A stretch of DNA of 49,335 nt from a virus. Taxonomy: Duplodnaviria; Caudoviricetes. The stretch covers positions 1 to 49,335 of IMG/VR virus record IMGVR_UViG_3300032312_000346, one strand, 5' to 3'. Both the position numbers and the translations under genes were made by a program. The notes beneath the pieces are model-generated. The model was not told the origin of the DNA. It saw only the letters and a program-made list of their open reading frames with translations, and did not search any database. Positions within the stretch are counted from its first letter, which is position 1. Each line of letters opens with the position of its first letter. Below, piece after piece: positions 38,734 to 48,087 of the stretch.

Positions 38734-39390
38734 TTATAGAGGTCCCGTTACTGCAGTTACATCCCACTTAGAAGTAGTAGTGTTATAAATACAACCAATG
38801 TAAGTAGTATCATTTAATGTCGTTGGTAAAACAATACCCATACCATTATAGATTGAGTTCCAAGTGAGTGTAGTTGGTGCCGTTGCAGGGTTAGAAACTA
38901 ATCTAAACGTTAACCTTTGTCCGTTTGTAGGAGTACCTGTTGGGGCAGCTATAGTAACTGATGAACCTAACGCTGTGGCATTGTATTGGTCGGTTGTGTC
39001 AGCGTTAGGCGTTACGGCAGCTGCACTTGTAACGTTTCTTGGGGTAATCCTTTTATTTTCAAGCGTTTGCGCAACGTTTGTAATCACCGCGACTTGAGAT
39101 GGGTACGTAACAAATACATTAACTGACGCCGCAAAATTATTAACGGCACTACCACCATTACTAGAAGCAAATATCCCACCATCACGGTTTAGTAACGTGC
39201 CTGATGTTGCATACGTGCCAATACCTACTTCATACTTCCCTGTAGTATCAGTAGCTGTATAATAAGTAGTGTCACCATTATCTAAGAATGAAAAGTTTCG
39301 GAAACCAACTACAACCGCACCAAGAGAAAAACTCACCGTGGTGTTAGCTGTAGCGGTTACCTGTACCCTATCCGCAATTTTTAAAGGCAT
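38734..39390 (-). CDS. tail-associated structural protein
   Basis: ADRV..T, EVGIGTY, VFVTYP; C-terminal GTP.NGQ...KWDV. Confidence 0.6.
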   Translation of the reverse strand: MPLKIADRVQVTATANTTVSFSLGAVVVGFRNFSFLDNGDTTYYTATDTTGKYEVGIGTYATSGTLLNRDGGIFASSNGGSAVNNFAASVNVFVTYPSQVAVITNVAQTLENKRITPRNVTSAAAVTPNADTTDQYNATALGSSVTIAAPTGTPTNGQRLTFRLVSNPATAPTTLTWNSIYNGMGIVLPTTLNDTTYIGCIYNTTTSKWDVTAVTGPL

Positions 39391-39403
39391 TTTTAGTCCC
39401 TAA

Positions 39404-39994
39404 TTAAGATGAAGAGCCTGTTGCTGTGTAAGTTACACTTAATGTATCGCCAGGTGCAACAACTTTCGAAGAACTAAAGTTACCAGCACTAAATAATTGA
39501 CCCGTATTAGAACGTTGTGCGTTAGTCGCACCTGTACCAGTAACCAAGAAACAACCAAATACAGTTTGCCCTGTTACAATTGTAAACACTTGAGCTGCTG
39601 TTGGTGATATATTTGTTACGCCTGCAGCTACTGCAGTGAATGTAGGAGATGCTCGAACTGCTGAACCGCCTACTGTATACCCGATAAGTTCACCATTTGT
39701 TGTATCTGCAGCTAATAAAGCCATTGTAGTACCTGCAACAACGCTATAGCTGCCTTTTAAACCCATAAACACTGCGCCTTGTGCAGTATTAGTTAGTGAG
39801 CCATTTAATGTAATTGTTAAGCCAGTGTTAACCACTAAGTTCTCAATACTGTCTTCCCATTTCAAACTACCTTCTTTGTCATGGCATTTAACCTCATAAC
39901 GTCCAGCAATACCGAACGCTGCGTTGTTTCCTGAACTTCTAGTTACTGATGCATCACATACATCGCCTATACCTACTTTATTAATTCCGCTCAT
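39404..39994 (-). CDS. virion structural protein
   Basis: KW....NLVVN.G, LFSAG.F...K.V..GD.L.VTY. Confidence 0.6.
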   Translation of the reverse strand: MSGINKVGIGDVCDASVTRSSGNNAAFGIAGRYEVKCHDKEGSLKWEDSIENLVVNTGLTITLNGSLTNTAQGAVFMGLKGSYSVVAGTTMALLAADTTNGELIGYTVGGSAVRASPTFTAVAAGVTNISPTAAQVFTIVTGQTVFGCFLVTGTGATNAQRSNTGQLFSAGNFSSSKVVAPGDTLSVTYTATGSSS

Positions 39995-40002
39995 GTTAAC
40001 TC

Positions 40003-40425
40003 CTAAGAAATTCTAATTATGGCATTACTTGCGTCTGCCGTTGGAAAAGTCATTGTAAATGTGTTTGCTGCTGTTTTGTCTGCACCAAAGTTTAGTACCG
40101 CTACAGCAGCGTTAGTAGTACCATTATATATTAAAGCGCCTCTACATGTAAAACTAGCTGGGTCCCAGATTACTGTACCGAAAGATATATACGCAGTCGA
40201 GCCACTATAGGCAGGGGGTATAACGGTCAGCGCTTTGCCTCCCGCGATGTACCCTGTTCCTACAACTTCACTATCAGTAGTATATACTGTAGTACTTGCA
40301 TCTAAATTAGCATTAGCATCATATAGTGCAATCTTGTACGTATATGGGGTACCAACAGCAAAGTTCTCTAATCCTTTTAACTGATTAAACTTAAATACTG
40401 TACACTGTGTTTGAATAATTGGCAT
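40003..40425 (-). CDS. virion structural protein
   Basis: KIALY, GY.AGG, RGALIYN, FG.DK, AIIRI motifs. Confidence 0.65.
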   Translation of the reverse strand: MPIIQTQCTVFKFNQLKGLENFAVGTPYTYKIALYDANANLDASTTVYTTDSEVVGTGYIAGGKALTVIPPAYSGSTAYISFGTVIWDPASFTCRGALIYNGTTNAAVAVLNFGADKTAANTFTMTFPTADASNAIIRIS

Positions 40426-41348
40426 TATGGATTAACCTTAATTTTAGCCTGTCCATCACGGTATGAATCCCCACGCTCAAGTCCAGTACCCAATCTGTTA
40501 AGTTGTGTCATCGCTTCTTGGTACATCTTCTCGTAGTAGGCAACCATATCTTGTTCGCCTTTCATAAAGATAACAGCTTCACGCATAGCGCCATAAAACA
40601 ACACTGGGTCGTAGTTATCGCCAAGCCACGAGGTACCTGTTGGATTTATTACATCAACAATAGGTACTGAGAACCCACTACCAGAACCGCCAATACTTGA
40701 GGGTGAAGCAGATAGTATTTCACCTGCCGCGTAGAATACTCCTGGATTTGCAAGTTCTACTAACGAAACAATACCACTTGTAACAGTTATTGTAGCCGTA
40801 GCATCCGTACCAGTCCCAGTACCGTTAGTTAATGGTACATTAGCGTATACACCATTTGTATACCCAGCACCTGCAGTAATCGTTCCTAATAAATTAATCT
40901 GCCCTTGGACAATTGACTCTGGGTAATAGAAATAATTTAGTTCAACTGGATAATTATCATTGGGCCTAGGAGTTACTATTAAGCTTAGTTCATTGGGTTG
41001 TTCTACGTTATTACCAAATAAAGCGTAGTATTTTGGAAGGCCTGTTACTGATGGGTTTGGGTATGCTTCACGTAAGTAGTTAACATCTTTATTTAGTAAG
41101 TATTTATAGGTTCCAGATGTTTCTATTACCGCTAGAGAATACGTAGCCAACCAATCGTCAGGTAAAGCCAAGAACATATTACTTGGGGTAAGACTACCTA
41201 TTACGTTTTTTCTAAGTACAGGTAATTGAACGGAGTTATAAACCCGTTCTTCGGTTTCTTTAACAAAGCGAGGGATATTCGCTACAAAAAGCGATTCCGT
41301 ATTTTCACTATAGTCTTGAATTGCCTGCGCTAGTTGGATGTAGTTCAT
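40425..41348 (-). CDS. head-tail adaptor/tail tubular-like protein with internal beta-rich insertion
   Basis: MNY..L...IQDY.E, LL.KDV...REAYP, G.PKYYA, WL...., D.YRDG. Confidence 0.6.
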   Translation of the reverse strand: MNYIQLAQAIQDYSENTESLFVANIPRFVKETEERVYNSVQLPVLRKNVIGSLTPSNMFLALPDDWLATYSLAVIETSGTYKYLLNKDVNYLREAYPNPSVTGLPKYYALFGNNVEQPNELSLIVTPRPNDNYPVELNYFYYPESIVQGQINLLGTITAGAGYTNGVYANVPLTNGTGTGTDATATITVTSGIVSLVELANPGVFYAAGEILSASPSSIGGSGSGFSVPIVDVINPTGTSWLGDNYDPVLFYGAMREAVIFMKGEQDMVAYYEKMYQEAMTQLNRLGTGLERGDSYRDGQAKIKVNP

Positions 41349-41596
41349 TAGCCCATTTTTCCACTAATCTTACGACCTTTAGTAGCAGCGCCATAACCAC
41401 GCATCTCACCAACGCCATATGGGTTCATCACTGATTTTTTGCCACCAACGCTAACATTCATAGCTTCTGTTGTAGGGCATACGTCTTTAGCGGAACGAGT
41501 GTTTGGATTTACATCACGCCCATGCCTGTTTACAGGACCACCATCCATAGTATGAGGTGGCGCATAGCTTGATGCAGGTAAATTATTCTTAGCCAT
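41348..41596 (-). CDS. small basic protein
   Basis: ends MRGYGAATKG...G.MG; AAGGA RBS. Confidence 0.65.
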   Translation of the reverse strand: MAKNNLPASSYAPPHTMDGGPVNRHGRDVNPNTRSAKDVCPTTEAMNVSVGGKKSVMNPYGVGEMRGYGAATKGRKISGKMG

Positions 41597-41600
41597 GATA

Positions 41601-41780
41601 TTATCCTTGATTTGAAATACGAGCCATGTTACGACCCATTGACTTCATTGATTCAGATGAAACACCTTTTGAACCTTTACCGCCTGATTCAGTACCAACT
41701 TTTTTACCGTCAATACCTAGTTGTTTACCTTTTGTTTTGCCTGTTTTAGTTACGCCATCAGCGCCTGATTTATAAGCCAT
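41601..41780 (-). CDS. small basic Gly/Lys-rich protein (59 aa)
   Basis: Hand translated MAYKSGADGVTKTGKTKGK...MGRNMARISNQG; AAGGAG RBS. Confidence 0.75.
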   Translation of the reverse strand: MAYKSGADGVTKTGKTKGKQLGIDGKKVGTESGGKGSKGVSSESMKSMGRNMARISNQG

Positions 41781-41791
41781 TTTATTACTCC

Positions 41792-42181
41792 TTATGTTGT
41801 TGTGATTGTAACACTTCCTACTAATCCTTGCGATATTAATGTATTAGGTGTAAGCGGTGTATCAAACCCACTAGCCCCACCTACAGGTGCCCAGCCCCAT
41901 TGAATCTGACGGCTACCATCTTGTACATTCCCATTTGCATTGCGCCCAGAAACAACGTAACTGGTATCATTACGAGGCTCTCTAATAGCCTGTGGGTCAT
42001 TCACTGGATACATACCCAAATGAAGTTGCGGGTGGTCTGGGTCCCAGCATTCTGGGCAAACAAGTATATTCACTTGTTTTAATTTAATAACAAGCTTTTT
42101 TAGTTCTCTTAATTTGTAGTATTCACCGCATCTATCACACTCGGCAATCGCGTTCTTACCACTAGCATACTTGGTTGGCAT
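41792..42181 (-). CDS. conserved CxxC...CxxC virion morphogenesis-region protein
   Basis: YASGK.A.A.CDRCG...VCPECW..DHPQL. Confidence 0.7.
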   Translation of the reverse strand: MPTKYASGKNAIAECDRCGEYYKLRELKKLVIKLKQVNILVCPECWDPDHPQLHLGMYPVNDPQAIREPRNDTSYVVSGRNANGNVQDGSRQIQWGWAPVGGASGFDTPLTPNTLISQGLVGSVTITTT

Positions 42182-42184
42182 TGT

Positions 42185-42910
42185 TTACCTCGTATAAGAC
42201 ATGTTACGTGGTACGAATCGAATTGCTGCCTTTTCTCTATCTTCATCAGCTGCTAGCTGGAACTGTTGTTCGTAATCTGTTTTTAAGCCCATAACACGTT
42301 CCATTGGTACATTAGGAATCTTCATAGACAAGTAATACGCCAACCCTGCTACCATGCAGTTCAAGAAGCGGAACGGAATATCTTGTGTGTTAACCCCATC
42401 ACCAACATCGTTAATACGACGTAAACGCCAATAGACAAACCTATACTGACTACCAGGGTCGTTAGGGGTAGGCCACACATTAATCTGAGGGTAATTAATC
42501 CCTGTTGGTGTTGTAGCCCCCGATTGTCGATTAACCCATACTTGAATAGGACGACCTACAGCTAATTTGTTTGGGATTGTTGAATATGTTGATTCGGATA
42601 TACGATTGATATTAATGTCAACTTGATTAGATGCACTACCAGAACCTGTACGAATTACTTGGTCTAATAAATCAATTGTATTTACAGGCAGGTCATATGT
42701 TGCTTGACCTGTTACCATAGGAATCTCGCCTTGTTCAATAGTCCACAAGTTAATGCCACGATTAGCCCACTCAATAGTGAGTAAGTTTAAACTACGACGC
42801 GCTGTACGAAAGTCATAACCCGAACGAACCTCTGAACCGCAACGTTCAAATGCTTCCTCAATGAGGTCATTCAAATCTAGATTAAACGCAGTGGTTCCTG
42901 TTGTGGTCAT
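42185..42910 (-). CDS. head-tail adaptor / tail tubular protein-like
   Basis: IEEAFERCG, GYD..TARRSLNLL..EWANRG.NLW, P.RF....AGLAYY. Confidence 0.65.
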   Translation of the reverse strand: MTTTGTTAFNLDLNDLIEEAFERCGSEVRSGYDFRTARRSLNLLTIEWANRGINLWTIEQGEIPMVTGQATYDLPVNTIDLLDQVIRTGSGSASNQVDININRISESTYSTIPNKLAVGRPIQVWVNRQSGATTPTGINYPQINVWPTPNDPGSQYRFVYWRLRRINDVGDGVNTQDIPFRFLNCMVAGLAYYLSMKIPNVPMERVMGLKTDYEQQFQLAADEDREKAAIRFVPRNMSYTR

Positions 42911-43035
42911 TTTTTATTCCATTTAAATGTTATCTGCACTATGAACAACGCTACAACCAAAAAATTACATTCGTCGGTCTCGTCTAATTCAAATCCAGCT
43001 AATACCCCAGTAATAAGACTGACAAATATTTCCAT
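42907..43035 (-). CDS. small hydrophobic protein (42 aa)
   Basis: Hand translated; start and stop overlap both neighbours. Confidence 0.5.
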   Translation of the reverse strand: MEIFVSLITGVLAGFELDETDECNFLVVALFIVQITFKWNKK

Positions 43036-43286
43036 TATTTTATTTTCCTGTACGGTTTAACTTTGCTTTTAATCTTATCAGGCTGTGCTACAAACTGTTT
43101 ACCTGCCGCTTTACCTTCACGTTTTGCTTTAGTTGTTGCAGCGTACTCTGAAGGGCTTAATGCTTTAATCGCTTTTTCAGGCAAATACCGCTCACCTGTA
43201 TCAGATGATTTTTTACCTGACTTGGTTGTCCATTTCTGTTCAGTCCAAGACTTAAGCGACTTTTGGCTTTTAGCTAACGCACTCAC
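43035..43286 (-). CDS. small basic conserved phage protein (DUF5872-like)
   Basis: Q.SL..W..QKW.TK.G, ERYLP, EYAAT. Confidence 0.65.
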   Translation of the reverse strand: MSALAKSQKSLKSWTEQKWTTKSGKKSSDTGERYLPEKAIKALSPSEYAATTKAKREGKAAGKQFVAQPDKIKSKVKPYRKIK

Positions 43287-43624
43287 TTATAACCACCGCC
43301 AGAGGCTTTGTATTTCTTAGCTAATAACTGTGCCTTACGTGCCGACCACTGACCTGCAGCTGTACCCTGCGTTGCTGAGTTCTTAATACTATTAAACAAA
43401 GCTTTGCGTTTTCCAGGTTGTGTATAGTTACCTGCGGCGTTTACTTTTGACTCACCACCTTCAGCATACTTCGCGCTTTTAGGTAGTTTTACGGCGCTAG
43501 GGAAGTTTACCTTCCCACCCTTTTTATACATCTCGACGTCTTCAGGATTATCCTTACGCTTGATAATCTTCTTTTTAGGCATTTTGCTAGAGGCGATAGC
43601 GCCCATACCACGAGAGGCTCGCAT
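43283..43624 (-). CDS. small basic protein
   Basis: MRASRGMGA, KKGG, GQWSARKAQL...YK..GGGY. Confidence 0.7.
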   Translation of the reverse strand: MRASRGMGAIASSKMPKKKIIKRKDNPEDVEMYKKGGKVNFPSAVKLPKSAKYAEGGESKVNAAGNYTQPGKRKALFNSIKNSATQGTAAGQWSARKAQLLAKKYKASGGGYK

Positions 43625-43842
43625 TACATCATCTTCCCACGAGTCTTGCCTTTAGTACAGCAACCGTCAGCACGACTAGATGCTGAAGAAACTTTACCGC
43701 CTTTTTTATAAGGGCGTGGTTTTAAATATTTACCATCAGGTCCAGTTGGTGGTGCGTCATCTTCTGGAACATCTTTTGGTTTAGGTTCTGGTGCTGGTGG
43801 AGGAACTACTTTTTTCTCTTTTGATTTGTCCATGATTAACAC
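43624..43842 (-). CDS. small basic protein
   Basis: YKKGGKVSSASSRADG...GKTRG; start may be ATG 43833. Confidence 0.65.
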   Translation of the reverse strand: MLIMDKSKEKKVVPPPAPEPKPKDVPEDDAPPTGPDGKYLKPRPYKKGGKVSSASSRADGCCTKGKTRGKMM

Positions 43843-44135
43843 ATCTTTCCTTTAGTTTTACCTTTAGTTTCAATACCGCCGCCTTTAGCCATTTTTTTAG
43901 TTGTACCACACATACCGCCTTTAGCCATTTTACCTTTACCATCAGCAGCGAAAGCAGGTACTTTTTTACCGTCTTTTTCAACCATAGCCATACCACCAGT
44001 AGCCATCTTCTTAGCCATACCACCTTTTTTGAGGGTGTCTAGGTTAGTTTTCTTGCCGCCGTGCATTTGTTTGTCGTGCATACCAACAGCTTTTTTAACT
44101 GTCTTTTTGTCCATTTTAATATCTTCGTGTTTCAT
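43836..44135 (-). CDS. small Lys/Gly/Met-rich protein
   Basis: Repeated KKGG/MAxGG; AAGGA RBS. Confidence 0.7.
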   Translation of the reverse strand: MKHEDIKMDKKTVKKAVGMHDKQMHGGKKTNLDTLKKGGMAKKMATGGMAMVEKDGKKVPAFAADGKGKMAKGGMCGTTKKMAKGGGIETKGKTKGKMC

Positions 44136-44147
44136 AATATTTCCTTG

Positions 44148-44531
44148 TTAACATTTCCAACGTTTTAGGGATGCTGCTTTGCGAGTAGGTTTGCCATTTT
44201 CATCTTTCATTGGACCTGGCATACCTGACATACGTGCGCAGAATGATTTCTTGCGTGGTCCACCTTCTGGTTGCGGGGCTTTTAAATTAGACCCTGTTGC
44301 TGCGTTATATTTTGCCCTACCTTTAGCCGTAAGTCCAGCACCTTTGTCGGTAGATAACTTTTCGCCACGACCAACAGCTAATGACACACCGCCTTTTTTC
44401 ATTGCTTTACCTTTGTCTGCTGTATTAAACTCTTTTGCTACTTTGGTGTCAATACCTACCTTCTTAGCAAATTTAGGGTTATGTGCTGCTGCAGCCATTA
44501 GTTTTGCTTGTGGTTTACTTTTACTTGGCAT
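44148..44531 (-). CDS. small basic conserved phage protein (DUF6321-like C-terminus)
   Basis: MPSKS..Q...M.A.AH; GL..KGR..YN...NLK.P...SFCARM...W.C. Confidence 0.7.
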   Translation of the reverse strand: MPSKSKPQAKLMAAAAHNPKFAKKVGIDTKVAKEFNTADKGKAMKKGGVSLAVGRGEKLSTDKGAGLTAKGRAKYNAATGSNLKAPQPEGGPRKKSFCARMSGMPGPMKDENGKPTRKAASLKRWKC

Positions 44532-44539
44532 AGTAGTTC

Positions 44540-44767
44540 CTATTTAAAAAAGCTATCCGTAAAGTGGGTAATTACAGCACCTAACGCACCACCTGCCCCA
44601 CCGACCATCATTAAAAATCTCCATCCACCACGAGCTTCTGCAAGGGTTGTATTGATTTCAGCTAGTGTCTGTTTAATATCATCCATATCACGGACTAATT
44701 TATCCATGTCGGCTTGAAGATGTTTAATCTCCGTTTCATGTACTGCTAGCTCGCGTTCGACACTCAT
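44540..44767 (-). CDS. coiled-coil protein with C-terminal membrane segment
   Basis: Heptad helix followed by GGW and hydrophobic stretch. Confidence 0.65.
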   Translation of the reverse strand: MSVERELAVHETEIKHLQADMDKLVRDMDDIKQTLAEINTTLAEARGGWRFLMMVGGAGGALGAVITHFTDSFFK

Positions 44768-44782
44768 GACTATTATATCCTA

Positions 44783-46069
44783 TTAATATGTTGTAAAACT
44801 ATTCCACCAAGCCGACTGCGATACGTTTACTTGGTCTAATGCATATGTACTTATTGTCCCAGCAAGTGCATTCATCTCCGTGTTAATTTCTGTAGTGTAA
44901 TATGACAATGATGAAGCTGCATTAACGGATGATTGATTTCCAAGTAATATCGTTAGTGGTGTATCTGTCGCTGTTGTTAACCCAGTCGGCAGGAATGTAG
45001 GAGAGCCTGAATCTCCACCTGTTACATACGTAAACCAATTTTTATATGGGTAACGTAAATCATTTACATTGGTAATTTTAGGGGCTATGTTTGTTTGTGT
45101 TTGTATTCCAGCACCTTGTTGTGTATAAACTGGACTAAGTAAACTTCCTGAAACATTTGTAATAACGCCTAGCTGCATTTGGCGGATACGGTCTCCACCC
45201 CCAAATGGGTACCTTTGTTTTGCTGTAAATCCATAAATTCCTAATTGCATTATTCCATAAGCCCCAGTATTATCAGACGCTAATGGTAGTTTAGTCGTTG
45301 TTATTGAGTTTGCTGGAAGTACTGAATATGGTGTAATATCTGATATAGGACTATCTAAATACCCAACCCAAATATCATAGTTAGCTAAACTTCTTGCGTC
45401 TATAATTGTTCTGGTTCGTACTACGCCATTTTTAGTTATAAAAGTTACTGAACTCCCTATAGTTGGCTGCACATGCCAAGCGGTAATAACATGCCTTGGT
45501 GATATTAAACATAGTGTACCCCCTGGGCCATTTGCAAATGGGCTTAAATCAATAATATTTTTAGTGTACTGGTTATCATTTTTAGTATCACCGCTTGAAT
45601 ACACGTTCATAAAAGATGCAGACGGAGCGGGGTTCGAACCTACTGCGGACAATACTAAAGTGTTTATTGCTTTTGCTAACGAGCCATTTGTATAGTTTGA
45701 TAAATAAGCATTTCCTACAGTTGCATCTATGTTACACTCTAACTGAATTTGTAAGTCACCGTTAGTAGTTGATATGTTTACTTTACCTACCCCATCTTGT
45801 AGGCTGACTACATTAGGAAACCCTGACGTGTCACAAATAGTTGGTGTTAAATTTGTAGTTCTTATAACTGGTTGACTGCAAGATACCGCATTATTTAATA
45901 TAGCATTAAGTGTTGTTATTTCAGTTTTTGTCGCGTCTTTAATAACAGAGTTAACTGTAGTACCACCTGCCGTTGTAGTGTATTGCGTAGCGCTAGCTTC
46001 AGGGTTTTGAAATCTATCCCAGCCTTGCCAATAATTTGTTGTACTACCCCCGTTAAGCGTAATAGGCAT
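44783..46069 (-). CDS. trypsin-like (S1) serine protease domain protein
   Basis: LISPRHVITAWH (His), YDIWVG (Asp), GGDSGSP (Ser) in the correct order. Confidence 0.75.
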   Translation of the reverse strand: MPITLNGGSTTNYWQGWDRFQNPEASATQYTTTAGGTTVNSVIKDATKTEITTLNAILNNAVSCSQPVIRTTNLTPTICDTSGFPNVVSLQDGVGKVNISTTNGDLQIQLECNIDATVGNAYLSNYTNGSLAKAINTLVLSAVGSNPAPSASFMNVYSSGDTKNDNQYTKNIIDLSPFANGPGGTLCLISPRHVITAWHVQPTIGSSVTFITKNGVVRTRTIIDARSLANYDIWVGYLDSPISDITPYSVLPANSITTTKLPLASDNTGAYGIMQLGIYGFTAKQRYPFGGGDRIRQMQLGVITNVSGSLLSPVYTQQGAGIQTQTNIAPKITNVNDLRYPYKNWFTYVTGGDSGSPTFLPTGLTTATDTPLTILLGNQSSVNAASSLSYYTTEINTEMNALAGTISTYALDQVNVSQSAWWNSFTTY

Positions 46070-47220
46070 TATGCTAGCTTTGTTGCCCGAAAGATTACAT
46101 ACGCTGATAACGTACCAGGGTTAAACTCCGCATAAACATTTTGATACTTAACGGTATTTATGGCACAGTCAATAACAGCGGTCGGTAATGTAAATCGGGT
46201 TATGGTACCAGCTGGTGAATTTATATTTGTAGCTAGTCTACCTTTGGTCATTACGGCTGTAATATTAGTACCGCTTGGGTTATCTGTTGCACTATCCATC
46301 AGAAGCCCTGCGGAAACTATAGGCGCTACTACTGTAGTATTAGTAGAAACAATATTAAGTACTCCTGATACCATCCATACCCCCCCTGCAGGGAATGTAA
46401 TAGTCCCTGTATTTTTTACCACTGCAGTTGTTAATGCTTGAGGAGTACTGCTTCCAGAATTTATAAAAGAATACCCTATTTGTGAACTATTTAAAGTAGA
46501 ACTACTAAAATACTGCCCTTCCATAACTTCAGGTATAGCAAGCCTAGTATAATAAGAGCCAATTCCACCTGAGCCAATAAATTTAAATGATACAGTTCCA
46601 GGTGTAATATCAACTTGAAATTTAGGTACACTCCCTCTATCCGCATCTATAGGTGAATATGTAGGGGTAAAGGGTTCCTCTGGTTGGTATAAAGGCGATA
46701 TGGATACACTTTGCCCATAAACTAAAGTTTGCAAAGGTCCGTATGATACCAAATTTACAGTAAATGATATAAATGATATTAAAGGGAATCTAATATTAAT
46801 ACTCTCAATTATATATGTACCCTCATTTGCAAGAGCGTCGTCTATGTATATGTTAAGTGTAGTTAGGTTTCTACAATCAATATACGACGCTCCACTATTT
46901 GTATATTGATTTACGTTAGCGATTGTAAATGTAAAATTTGATGTTGCTCCACCTGTTATTATTTGAGCCTGCCCTGCAGCACCGTTAAATCTTACAAGGG
47001 CGTTAGCATCTGTAGCATATCCGATTTCAGATATACCCCCAGCTAGTGGTAAAAGTGTGCCTAATGTGCCTGAGCGAAGGTTTACGTTCGCAGAGACCGA
47101 ACCCGTTAGATTAGGGTTATTAATGGTAGGGCTTTCTGATAATACTATGCTTCCAGTACCTGTTGTACTATTTCCAAGAATACTTGGATTTGCTACTTTT
47201 TGATTTACGGTTGTTGCCAT
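46069..47220 (-). CDS. virion-associated fibre-like hypothetical protein
   Basis: TGTGSIVLS.SPTI repeat typical of fibres; beta-rich C-terminus. Confidence 0.5.
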   Translation of the reverse strand: MATTVNQKVANPSILGNSTTGTGSIVLSESPTINNPNLTGSVSANVNLRSGTLGTLLPLAGGISEIGYATDANALVRFNGAAGQAQIITGGATSNFTFTIANVNQYTNSGASYIDCRNLTTLNIYIDDALANEGTYIIESINIRFPLISFISFTVNLVSYGPLQTLVYGQSVSISPLYQPEEPFTPTYSPIDADRGSVPKFQVDITPGTVSFKFIGSGGIGSYYTRLAIPEVMEGQYFSSSTLNSSQIGYSFINSGSSTPQALTTAVVKNTGTITFPAGGVWMVSGVLNIVSTNTTVVAPIVSAGLLMDSATDNPSGTNITAVMTKGRLATNINSPAGTITRFTLPTAVIDCAINTVKYQNVYAEFNPGTLSAYVIFRATKLA

Positions 47221-47221
47221 T

Positions 47222-47545
47222 TTATAGCCCCATGAATAAACTTACTGTTGCGCCTATATTTGATGTTATTACACTTACTCTACCGCGAACGTATGTCCAA
47301 TTAGCACTTGATACAAATCCATCAGTTGTTGTTGAAGTGCCTAGCGTTAATGTAATTGTACCCATTGTTATCCAGTTTACATTATCGTTGCTAACCTCTA
47401 CAACAACATCAGTTGTACCTGCACTATTGGCTCTACCTGAAGCTTGGAATGTTTTGTTATCTGTAGGAATGCGTAATGCTTGGACGTTTTGAGGCGTTCC
47501 CGTGACTGTAGAAGTCGCATTATTTAGTAATACTATCGTTGACAT
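47222..47545 (-). CDS. small beta-sandwich structural protein
   Basis: VEVSND...W, W.YVR; AAGGAG RBS. Confidence 0.6.
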   Translation of the reverse strand: MSTIVLLNNATSTVTGTPQNVQALRIPTDNKTFQASGRANSAGTTDVVVEVSNDNVNWITMGTITLTLGTSTTTDGFVSSANWTYVRGRVSVITSNIGATVSLFMGL

Positions 47546-47566
47546 AATTAATCTCCTTGTGATTTA

Positions 47567-47589
47567 AGAAGGGGCCGAAGCCCCGTTCA
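47567..47589 (-). terminator. hairpin / probable terminator
   Basis: GGGGC-TTCG-GCCCC then TTCTT on the minus strand, just after the 47596 stop. Confidence 0.6.
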
Positions 47590-47595
47590 GATTAA

Positions 47596-48087
47596 TTAAG
47601 CTGTAAACGCTGTTGGAGCGGTTGAGCCGTCAGGGTTACGAACAGTGTAAGTGCATGTAACTGTTGCCGCACCACCAGAAGCTGTACCAGCACAAGCATA
47701 AGTAGCTTGAATTAACACATCAGTAGTACCTACGTTTACATAAGTACCGATACTTGCATTAGTAACAGCGAATGTTGCACGACCAACAGATAAAGGTGTA
47801 GTGGTTGCATTACCAACAGTGCCTAATGTAGTACCTGTAGAAGTTGCAAGAGTAATTGTATTACCTGTAGTACCTGCATAAGCAGTAGTAATATCAACAG
47901 TAAAACTTAAAATTTGTGCACCTGCTGGAAGTACAAATAAAGTAACTGCTGAAGTATTAGAAACAGTTGTTACACCAGTTTGCGTTACGGTTGTAGCGCC
48001 TGTGTTACGGATTGTACCAGCTGTTGTGCCAGTAGTGTTTTTTACAGTACCCAATAACCATGGGCCTAAGTGAGTAGCGATTGCCGT
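47596..48087 (-). CDS. capsid decoration/minor structural protein, apparent ACG start
   Basis: Thr-rich, LPAGAQI motif; the AAAGGA RBS points to in-frame ACG at 48087-48085. Confidence 0.6.
   Translation of the reverse strand, partial: TAIATHLGPWLLGTVKNTTGTTAGTIRNTGATTVTQTGVTTVSNTSAVTLFVLPAGAQILSFTVDITTAYAGTTGNTITLATSTGTTLGTVGNATTTPLSVGRATFAVTNASIGTYVNVGTTDVLIQATYACAGTASGGAATVTCTYTVRNPDGSTAPTAFTA

Noticed and set aside
19504-47492. Many + strand ORFs in the structural arm (and - strand ORFs in the left arm)
   Set aside because: Shadow frames of long genes on the opposite strand, with no recognisable motifs
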